NCBI GenBank assembly: GCA_041391845.1
Contig: JAWKNG010000003.1
Span: 85,829 to 149,828 of the forward strand
Origin: Flavobacteriales bacterium
GTDB taxonomy: Bacteria; Bacteroidota; Bacteroidia; Flavobacteriales_F; PHOS-HE28
Length of the DNA: 64,000 nt
Direction of reading: 5' to 3'
Shown: positions 16,501 to 25,600 of the stretch, piece by piece
Numbering within the stretch: the first letter of the stretch is position 1
How the letters are laid out: each line of letters begins with the position of its first letter
The notes under the pieces: model-generated
The model's input: only the letters and a program-made list of their open reading frames with translations
What the model was told of the DNA's origin: nothing
Database searches by the model: none
Translations under genes and position numbers: made by a program

Positions 16501-19287
16501 ATCCGCGGCTTCGAAGGCAACGCTCAGACTGCACGGATCAAGGCTCGAAGTGCCGAACGAGGTGAACTGCACGTAGGCGTTGATGATCTGCGCACCCGGC
16601 GGAACCGCCACATTGGTGAAGCGGATGGCCACGACCTGATCGCCCCGCCAATCCGGAACCTCCCCATCGCGCACCAGGTCCAGAGCGTTCACGTTGGCAT
16701 AGATGTTCCCGTTCTCCCCTTCCTCACCGTCCGCGTTGAAGGGATCACCCGGGCTCACACAGAGCTGGCCCACGATGCAATCGTTGCTGCCGCCGCAAAC
16801 GCCACAGAGGTCCACCACCGCCGATCCACCGGGGATCCCATTGCAATCGACCGGCAGGCCGATGCACTGGCAATTGGCGCTCCAGGTGTCCGCGCCAGTG
16901 AGCGGGTTCCCGTCGTCGCAGGGCGTACCCGGAAGCGCAGTTCCCGCAATGGCGCCCAGACAATCCACCGGGGTGCCAACACACTGGCACGATGCCGACC
17001 AGGCATCGTTCACCGTGAGTGCGTTCCCATCGTTGCAGGGGCTGCCCGGCACCGCTGCGCCACCGGCCACGCTCAGGCAGTCATAGGGCAGGCCCACGCA
17101 CTGGCACTGAGCGTTCCATTGATCATTGCCGGTGTTGGGGTCACCATCGTTGCACGCGGAGCCCGGAAGCGCCGACCCGCCCACAACCCCGTTGCAGTCC
17201 ACTAACACACCCGCACACGCGCAGTTGCTGCCGATGACGTCGTTGACCGTGGATGCGTTCCCGTCGTTGCAGGGACTGCCGGGCTCGGGGTTACCGCACC
17301 CGCACTGGCCCGGAGCGGTCTTCAGCGGATCGCTGGGGCATCCGTCCTGTGCGTTGCACACGCCATCGCCATCGTTGTCAGGCAAGGGGGTGAAGATGCA
17401 CGTACCAGCTACGCAGTCATCGGAAGTGCAGGGGTTGCCATCCGAACAGGGTAATGGCGTCCCGATGCACTGGCAGTTCGCGTTCCACGTGTCGTTGGTG
17501 GTGCACAGGTTATTGTCGTTGCAGGGCGTGCCTGGCACCGCATTCCCATTGATCACACCCAGGCAATCCAGCGGCTGTGTTCCGAGGTTGATCTGGCCGA
17601 AGGAGCCCACGCTCAGGTTGAAGTACGATCCACTGGGCGTGGTCTCCAGCTTCAAGGCCCGCACCATGTAGCGCACCGTACCATTAAGGCCTGTGACATT
17701 GTCCACGTAGCCCGTCCCGGTCATAGCATTGGTGGTGCGCCGCTGCCAGGTCTGGGTGGAAGCGTTCCATCGGTATACATGGTAGCCCTGCACGGCCTCG
17801 GCCGCCGCGGTCCAGCCCACGTTCACCAGGGTGCTGTTCACCAGTGTGGGGTTCACGGCTCCCGGAGGCGCCACCATCCGCATCCGCAGCGTGGGGTCAC
17901 CCATGAGCGCCATGTGCACACGCCCGGCCTGTGGGTTGGCAGGCTCGTAGTGGTTGTTGCCGTTGTTCTGGCTGAGCACCGTGGAATAACCGATGGTCTC
18001 CCCCATGCCCATATGATGGAAGAACCAATTGGGATAGCCTGCCCAGAAGTTGGTAAGGGCACGGCCCGAAGCGAGCGGCGCGCGCAGGAAGTTGTTCTGA
18101 CTGTCCCAATCGCCGAAGTAACTTCCGAAGAGGATGGTGAAGACCGTCTGGATGTTGGTGGATGCGAACTGCGCGGTGGAACCCACCCCATTGGCATTGT
18201 CCCACCAGCCGCCCCCGCAACCATAGCTCCACACATAGCTCTGACCGCTCATGCTGGAGAAGTAGTCTGCGGCCACCACGTTGTTCGGGTTCACGAGCGG
18301 AGCGAAGCCGCGCCAGCCGTTCTGCGAGAACGCATCGCTGTAACCCGTGAAATTATCGTCCACCAAGGCACGCTCCTGGGCCGTGTACTGCTTGCGCTTC
18401 CATTGGCTGAGCTTGGTGAGGTAGTTGGCCAGCAGGGTGGTCTCGCTCTGCGGAAAGGTGGGCAGATCGGAGAGGTCCACCCGGCCCACGGCAAGTTCCA
18501 CCGAACTGGGTATGGTGGTCTGGTCGAACTTCCCATCGCCGGGCACATTGTGGTTGCGGGCCCAAGCTGCTGAAGTGCTCCACACGCTGGCGTCCGTCCA
18601 GCTGCCGTTCACGTCCCCGTAGTACACGTCCGCGCTCCATGCCCCGTAGTGCTCACCATGCCCGTCCGGAGCGAGGTTGCCACTGTACGGCACCGGCACA
18701 TGTCCGATGATCAGCACCGCCTTCACACGCGTGGGGTCCGCGTTGTAGGCGTTCACCACCAACGGCTTGATGGCACTGGGCTGGGCCGTGCGCGAGACAT
18801 CGTGCCGGACCACCTTCCAGCCGTCACCCTCCAGGTCCAGGACCAACTGTCCCAATTGGCTGGCCAGCGATGTGGTGAACGTATTGTCCACCAGCAGCAC
18901 CACGGTTCCGCGGTCCTCCACCATGGCCAGCTCGATGCCGGCGTTGATGTAGCCGAAGCCGTTGCCGTAATTGGCGGTGGTGCGCACCACCTTGTACTCG
19001 TACGAGGTGTTGAGCTGGACCGAGGCATCGCTGTACGACAGGGCGCCACCACCCAGCGTGGCGATGGCACTACCCCAGCTGGTCCCCCCCTTCAGCTTGC
19101 GGAAGATGGAGAAGCCGGTGGTATTGGGATGTGAACGCCAGTTCAGATCGATGCGGGGCGGAGCACTGCTGACCGTGGCCCACAGCTGCACGCTTCGGCT
19201 TTCGCCCAAGGTCTGGGCGTATGCCCCCAAGGCCCCGGCGATGAGCAGCGCGACAAGGAGGATGGAGCGAAGCAGGTGGTTCCGCAT
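13582..19287 (-). CDS. Giant T9SS type-A cargo, intact paralogue: signal peptide, Fn3-like, C25(gingipain)-like head, Fn3-like, about 24 diverged Cys-rich 39-aa modules with one inserted domain of about 190 aa, TSP3 repeats, Por_Secre_tail CTD
   Basis: Start moved from the track's 19539 to ATG 19287 (MRNHLLRSILLVALLIAGALGAYAQ is a signal peptide). Modules such as DCAGVPGGPAVPGTACDDGDPQTGNDTWGDDCTCAGLPL. C-terminal TSP3 DADGDGVLDCDDLCPQVNDP...DDDGNGVGDACD and CTD LLVMHPNPTNGHLRI...GTYLVVVQQRDGTLIGHGRIVKL. Confidence 0.85.
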   Translation of the reverse strand: MRNHLLRSILLVALLIAGALGAYAQTLGESRSVQLWATVSSAPPRIDLNWRSHPNTTGFSIFRKLKGGTSWGSAIATLGGGALSYSDASVQLNTSYEYKVVRTTANYGNGFGYINAGIELAMVEDRGTVVLLVDNTFTTSLASQLGQLVLDLEGDGWKVVRHDVSRTAQPSAIKPLVVNAYNADPTRVKAVLIIGHVPVPYSGNLAPDGHGEHYGAWSADVYYGDVNGSWTDASVWSTSAAWARNHNVPGDGKFDQTTIPSSVELAVGRVDLSDLPTFPQSETTLLANYLTKLSQWKRKQYTAQERALVDDNFTGYSDAFSQNGWRGFAPLVNPNNVVAADYFSSMSGQSYVWSYGCGGGWWDNANGVGSTAQFASTNIQTVFTILFGSYFGDWDSQNNFLRAPLASGRALTNFWAGYPNWFFHHMGMGETIGYSTVLSQNNGNNHYEPANPQAGRVHMALMGDPTLRMRMVAPPGAVNPTLVNSTLVNVGWTAAAEAVQGYHVYRWNASTQTWQRRTTNAMTGTGYVDNVTGLNGTVRYMVRALKLETTPSGSYFNLSVGSFGQINLGTQPLDCLGVINGNAVPGTPCNDNNLCTTNDTWNANCQCIGTPLPCSDGNPCTSDDCVAGTCIFTPLPDNDGDGVCNAQDGCPSDPLKTAPGQCGCGNPEPGSPCNDGNASTVNDVIGSNCACAGVLVDCNGVVGGSALPGSACNDGDPNTGNDQWNAQCQCVGLPYDCLSVAGGAAVPGSPCNDGNALTVNDAWSASCQCVGTPVDCLGAIAGTALPGTPCDDGNPLTGADTWSANCQCIGLPVDCNGIPGGSAVVDLCGVCGGSNDCIVGQLCVSPGDPFNADGEEGENGNIYANVNALDLVRDGEVPDWRGDQVVAIRFTNVAVPPGAQIINAYVQFTSFGTSSLDPCSLSVAFEAADDAPPLGFDPFNYSARPRTTALAWSPPAWSQANASTSAQRTVNLAPALQELVDRAGWVPGNSVVVLIDGTGRRSAWSSDQSSTRSPRLCIAYGQQPADCLGVPGGAALPGSPCDDGDATTGNDQWNSDCACVGLPLDCTGAPGGGALPGTPCDDGDATTGDDVYQADCQCAGLPLDCAGTPGGSLLPGTGCDDGQVLTVDDVLLEDCSCAGTWTGLDCAGVSGGAAMPGTPCDDGDATTGNDIWDAQCNCAGLPLDCAGVPGGASVPGSPCDDGNAATGNDTWGVDCTCSGLLIDCAGVVGGDSWPGSPCDDGDPNTGNDAYDASCTCVGQLIDCFGIPGGATLPGVECDDGNPQTVGDVWSADCVCTGLLLDCLDVPGGAALPGTPCDDGDPFTSEDAWTADCTCLGTPIDCLGIPNGSALPGSSCDDGDPFTTQDSWTANCLCEGLPVDCAGTINGAALPGTSCDDGDPGTALDTWTANCTCVGIPIDCNGVIGGPALPGSPCDDGDTATGNDVWQADCSCAGLPLDCAGVPGGPAVPGTACDDGDPQTGNDTWGDDCTCAGLPLDCAGTPGGEGLPGTPCDDGDPQTGNDVWGADCICAGLPLDCAGVPGGSAVPGTPCDDGDPHTGNDTWGADCTCAGLLLDCLGTPGGAALVGTACDDNDPGTGNDAWDADCNCVGIPFDCAGVVGGPALPGTPCDDGDPDTGNDVWTADCDCSGLPFDCLGVAGGGAVPGTPCDDGNPNTGNDVWTSSCTCTGQAFDCLNVAGGLALPGTPCNDGDPNTANDTWTIDCDCIGQAVDCAGVINGIAFIDGCGVCAGGTTGIPPNPDADGDGVLDCDDLCPQVNDPLQGDLDLDGIGDLCDNCPWVANPGQEDDDGNGVGDACDDIGIDELRDRSLLVMHPNPTNGHLRIAAELDQPGHVLFIDVLGALALQLPFTQVVDVRGLAPGTYLVVVQQRDGTLIGHGRIVKL

Positions 19288-19679
19288 GAAGGATGGCAAA
19301 TATACCCGCGCCGCATGCGCAGGTAAAGCCCCGAAGGGCCGCGCGACCCACTGGGAACCAGCCTGCATGCCCCTTTCAGGAATACCCGCCCGGGGCCCCC
19401 GGGCATCACGCGCTGAACGGACCAACATGACGCGCCGCAAGTAACGACGAATTATCAACACACACCCATGAATAGTCAAAGTCATTCGACGGACGCCAAG
19501 ATCCCTTACCTTCATGCGGCCAAATCCCGGTTCGAACATCTACGGACCGTTCGCGTATGAAGGATCCCTATCATGGGCTACTTGGGTCTCCACGAACATG
19601 GATGTCCGTCCCTGTCCCTACCGCAGGAACGGGTACGCTATGAAGTTGACCCTCAGCAATTAAGGAAAGGAACCACCGC

Positions 19680-22600
19680 ATGAAGAGCAGTATCATCGAC
19701 CACATCCTCTCCCAACTGGATCGTAACCCGGGCGCGCCCGCTTTGACCTCGAATGGCAATACGTGGGAGAACAAGGAACTGTGCGATCGTGTGCGCCGAC
19801 TGGCACACCGCCTTGGCGAACAGGGCATCGGTACGAACAGGACGGTGGGCATCTGCCTCGACCGCTCCCCCGAGCTCATCTTCGCCGTCCTCGGCATCGT
19901 CCAGTCCGGCGCCGCCTACGTGCCCATTGACCCCACCTACCCGGCGGAGCGTATCGCCGGCATGCTGGAGGACGCCACCCCCCCGGTGGTGATCACCAGC
20001 AAGGCGCACCAGCACCTGTTCCAAGGCACCAATGCCAAGGTCCTTCTCATCGAGGACATCGACCTGGAGAGTGGTCCCCAGTTCGAAGGCCCGTGCCCGG
20101 CCAAGGCCGAGGACCTGCTTTACGTGCTCTTCACCAGCGGCAGCACCGGCCGGCCCAAGGGTGTGGCCATGCACCATGCGCCGCTCACCAATTTGATCCA
20201 CTGGCAGCTGCGCACCAGCGTGTGCAAGGCCGGAGATCGTACCCTGCAGTTCGCGCCGATCAGCTTCGACGTCAGCTTCCAGGAGATCTTCACCACGTTC
20301 GCACAAGGCGGCACCTTGGTGCTGATCACCGATGAGGACCGCCTGAACAGCACGCAACTCCTGCGCAAGATCATCGCGCAGAAGATCAACCGCATCATCG
20401 TTCCCTTCGTGGCGCTGCAATACCTGGCCGAGGCCGTGGAACGCACGGGAGAAACGCCTTCCACGCTGAAGGAGGTCTTCACCAGCGGCGAGCAACTGAA
20501 GATCACGCCCGCCATTGCGAACCTCTTCAAGCAGTTGCCCGGCTGCCGCTTCTGCAACCAGTACGGCCCCACCGAAGGCCACGTGGTGAGCGAACTGGAA
20601 TTGAAGGGAGATCCGTCCACCTGGCCCGCATTGCCCAACATCGGCAGCGCCATCGACAACGTGAAGCTTTATGTGCTCGATGAGCAGATGAAGCCCGTTC
20701 CGACCGGTGAAGAAGGCGAGCTCTACCTCGGCGGCGCCTGCGTGGCAAAAGGCTACATCGGTCGCGATGACCTCACAGCGGATCGCTTCCTCGCGGATCC
20801 GTTCAACCCCGGTGGACGCCTTTACAGGACCGGCGACCGCGCTGCACTGTTGCCCAATGGCGAGATCGACTACAAAGGCCGCATCGATGGCCAGGTGAAA
20901 GTGCGCGGTTACCGCATCGAGCTGGGCGAAGTGGAGGTGGCCATGGAGAAGCATCCTGCCGTGGAGCAGGCCGTGGCCAACGTGCGCGAGGACCGTCCGG
21001 GGTTGAAACGCTTGATCGGCTACTATGTGGCGAAGTCGGATCTCAGCACCAACGAGCTCCGCAAGCACCTCGCCTCCCTCCTGCCTGACTACATGCAGCC
21101 TTCCGCCTTCGTGGCCGTGAAGGAGCTTCCCCGTACACCGAGCGGCAAGATCGACCGCAAGGCCCTGCCCGCGCCGGATGTGAAGCGCCCCGACCTCGAC
21201 GTGGCCTTCGCCGCACCGACGACCAGCGTGCAGAAGACCCTCGCCAACGTGTGGGCCGACCTGCTCGGCATCGACCGCGTGGGCATCGACGACAACTTCT
21301 TCGACCTCGGCGGCAATTCGCTCCTGAGCATCCAGTGCGTGGCGCAGCTCGAAGGCCACGGCTTGAAGCTGCCGATCGTTAAGCTGTACCAGCACCCGAC
21401 GATCCGTGCATGCGCAGCATTCCTGGAAGGGGATGCGGCCGGCACTTCACCTGCTGAAATGGCTAAGGCGCGCTTAGGGGCGCGTCACAACGCGCCCGGT
21501 ACGCGCGCCGACGTGGCCATCATCGGCATGAGCGGTCGCTTCCCCGGCGCAGAGAACGTGGAGCAACTCTGGCAGAACCTGCTGGCGAAGAAGAACAGCA
21601 TCAGTACGTGGACGGTGGATGAGCTTGACCCGAGCATCCCTGCCGAACTGCGCAACGACCCCGACTATGTGAAGGCCCGTGGTGTGATCACCGATGCCGA
21701 CAAGTTCGACCACGGCTTCTTCGGAGTGAATCCCAAGGTGGCGGCGTTGATGGACCCGCAGCAACGCGTGTTCCTGGAGACCGCCTGGGCCGCGCTGGAG
21801 GATGCCGCCTACGACCCCGCGCAGTTCGCGGGACTGATCGGCGTGTACGCCGGCATGGGCAACAACACCTACTTCACGCGCAACGTGATCGGCCACCCCG
21901 AGCTCATCGAGCAGGTCGGCGACTTCGCGGTGATGACGGCCAACGAGAAGGACTACATCGCCACGCGGCTCGCCTTCGAGTTCGACCTGCGTGGTCCGGC
22001 GCTGAGCATCCACACCGCATGCAGCACCTCGCTCGTTGCGATCGCACAAGCGTTCAAGGCGCTGCGCGATGGCGAATGCGACATGGCCTTGGCCGGTGGC
22101 ATCGCGCTCACGGTGCCCTTCAACAGCGGCATCGTCTACAACGAAGGCGGCATGTACAGCCCCGACGGCAGCACGCGCACCTTCGACGCCAACGGCAAAG
22201 GCACCAGCTTCAGCGACGGCTGCGGCATCATCGTGCTGAAGCGCCTCGACGATGCGGTGCGCGACAAGGATCATGTGTATGCCGTGATCAAAGGCGCCGC
22301 GCTGAACAACGACGGCAGCGACAAAGCCAGTTTCACCGCACCCAGCGTGCGTGGCCAGGCCGAAGTGATCGCCATGGCACAGGCCGATGCAGGCGTGAGC
22401 CCGAGCGAGATCACCTATGTGGAAACACATGGTACCGCGACACCGCTCGGCGATCCGATCGAGGTGGAGGCGCTGACGCTCGCGTTCGGCGGCAAGACCA
22501 ACGGGCACCACTGTGTGATCGGCTCCATCAAGAGCAACATCGGTCACCTGACGCCCGCCGCCGGTGCCGCCGGTGTGATCAAGACCGCACTGGCGCTGCG

Positions 22601-25600
22601 GGAGGAAGTGATCCCGGCGAACGTGGGCTTCGAGACCCCGAACCCCGCGATCGATTTTGCGAACTCGCCCTTCAGGGTATTGACCGAGAGCGAAGCCTGG
22701 CCGCGTGTGCCGGGCACCCCGCGCATCGCCGGCGTGAGCAGCTTCGGTGTGGGTGGCACCAACGCGCACGTGATCCTCGCGGAGCCGCCGGTGGCCGTTG
22801 CCTCCAGCGCTTCGCGCGAGAAGCAACTCTTCCTGCTCAGCGCGAAGAGCAAGGCCAGCCTGGATGCCATGACGGAAAATCTCCGCACCTGGCTCGAAAC
22901 GCATCCGAAGGCTTCCCTGGCGGATGCCGCCTACACATTGCAAGTGGGCCGTCGTCACTTCAAGCACCGCCGCCTGATCGTAGGCGGAAGCCATGCCGAA
23001 GTGATCGAAGCGATCGCCAACAAGGACACCAACCTGATCGGTACGCGCGAACTCCACGAGGCCGCGCCCGGCGTGGTGTTCATGTTCCCCGGCCAGGGTT
23101 CACAGTACATCAACATGGGCCGCGACCTCTGCGCGAGCGAGCCGGTCTTCAAGGAGCACTTCGACCGTTGCTGCGAGCTCTTCTCGAAGGAGTTCGGCAC
23201 CGACCTCAAGGCCATCATCTTCCCGAAAGCCGGTGAAGAGGAGAAGGCTGCCGAGCAACTGAAGCAGACGATCTACACGCAGGCCTCGCTCTTCACCATG
23301 CACTACAGCCTCGCAAAGCTGTGGATGCACTGGGGCATCGTGCCCGACGCGATGATGGGCCACAGCATCGGTGAATTCGCTGCGGGCTGTCTGGCCGGTG
23401 TGTTCTCCCTGGAGGATGCCGTGAAGCTCGTGGCGAACCGCGGCCGCATGATGCAGGACCTGCCCGGCGGCAGCATGCTCAGCGTGCGTGCGGCGGAAGA
23501 GGATGTGCTGAAGAAACTCCCCGCCGGGTGCAGCATCGCCGCGAACAACGGTCCGCAGTTGTGCGTGGCCAGCGGTCCGCATGAAGCCATCGCCAAGCTG
23601 CAGGCGGAGCTGGAGAAGGACGGCATCACCTGCAAGCTGCTCGTGACGAGCCACGCTTTCCACAGCCCCATGATGGACGCCATCGTGGAGCCTTACAAGA
23701 AGGTGGTGGAGAGCGTGAAGCTCAGCGCGCCGCGCATCCCGATCGTGAGCACCGTCACCGCCGAATGGCTGAAGGACGACGAGGCGACCTCACCGAAGTA
23801 CTGGAGCGATCACCTGCGCGCCACCGTGCGTTTCGCACAGGCCGTGAAGTTCGCATGGGCCGATGCGGACCGTGTCATGCTCGAGGTGGGTCCGCGCACG
23901 ACGGCGACCACGCTCGCGCGCCAGCAGAGCACCGACAACAAGAAGCAAGCGGCCGTGCCCTCGCTGGGCGATTCCGCTGGCAACGGCAATGAGCTCACGC
24001 AACTGCTGAAGGCTGTTGGTGGCCTGTGGCAGAGCGGCGTGCTCATCGACTGGAGCAAGTTCTATGAGCGTGAAGAGCGTTGCCGCATCTCGATGCCGAC
24101 CTACGCCTTCGAGCGCATCCGTCACTGGGTGGACCCCGTGGCGATGGTGGCCGATGGTGGTCGTGCCATCGCCAGCACCACGATCGAAGCGCCGGTGCCG
24201 AACAGCGGCGATGCGAACCGTTCACCGAAGGAATCGCTGATCGCGCAGATCAAGCACCTGCTGGAGGAAAGCAGCGGCCTTGAACTGGCGGAGGCCAGCA
24301 ACGAGGAGACCTTCCTCGAGATGGGCCTCGACTCGCTCTTCCTGACGCAGGTCGCGACCTCGTTGAGCAAGAAGTTCGGCGTGAAGATCTCGTTCCGTCA
24401 ATTGAACGAGGAGCTGCCGAACCTGGACAAGCTGGCGGACCATATCCTGCCGCATTGGTCTCAAGGTCCCACGGGCGTCCCCGCTCGTGGCGAAGCCAAG
24501 GCCACCGGCAAGAATGCCGGTGGAACATTGAACGCCCTGGAAGACGCACCGGAATTGAAGAAGGTCTTCGGTGCACAAGCGCGCATCGTGAAGGAGAAGG
24601 TGGACGACATGACACCGCAACAGCGCGCCTGGTTCGATGCCTTCGTGAAGCGTTACGTGGCGAAGACCGCGAAGAGCAAGGCCTTCACCCAGGAGAACCG
24701 CAAGCCGATGGCCGACCCGCGCGTGGTCACCGGCTTCAAGCCGCAGACCAAGGAGCTCATCTACCAGGTGGTGGTGGACAAGAGCGTGGGCTGCCACCTC
24801 TGGGACATCGACGGCAACGAGTACGTGGACATCCTCAGCGGCTTCGGTTCCTCGATGTTCGGCTACATGCCCGACTTCATCAAGGAGGCCGTACACAAGC
24901 AGGTGGACACCAGCGTGGAGATCGGCCCCATGCATCCGCTCGCAGCCGAAGTCTCGAAGCTCCTCTGCGAGCTGACCGGCGCCGAACGTGCCGCCGTGTG
25001 CAACACCGGTTCCGAAGCGGTGCTCGGCGCGATGCGCATGGCCCGCACCGTGACCGGCCGCAGCCTGATCATCTCCTTCAGCGGCAGCTATCACGGCATC
25101 AACGATGAAGTGATCATCCGCGGTAGCAAGAGCAAGAAGAGCTATCCCGGCGCGCCCGGGATCATGCCCGAGGCCGTGCAGAACATGCTCGTGCTCGACT
25201 ACGGCACGCCCGAAAGCCTTGAGATCATCAAGCAGCGTTGCCACGAAGCAGCGGCCGTTCTCGTGGAGCCGGTGCAAAGCCGCCGCATGGAGTTCCGCCC
25301 CGTGGACTTCCTGCGCGAGGTGCGCCGCATCACCCAGGAGAACGGCACCGCGCTGATCTTCGATGAGGTGATCACCGGCTTCCGCACACACCCCAACGGC
25401 ACGCAGGCCCTCTTCGGCATCCAGGCCGATATCGGCACGTATGGCAAGGTGATCGGCGGTGGCATGCCCGTGGGCGCCATGATCGGCAAGAGCGAATGGA
25501 TGGACGCCCTCGATGGTGGCCATTGGCAGTACGGCGATGACAGCGTACCCCCCGCTGGTGTGACCTACTTCGCCGGCACCTTCGTGCGCCATCCCCTGAC

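Noticed and set aside
19288-19539. Upstream extension of the giant paralogue to the track start at 19539; similarly 26047 for the NRPS, 46252 for the sigma factor, 62636 for the PKD cargo and 45364 for rsmG
   Set aside because: In each case an internal start gives a canonical N-terminus (a signal peptide or the family's conserved start). The extensions are low-complexity and overlap neighbouring genes or regulatory spacers.
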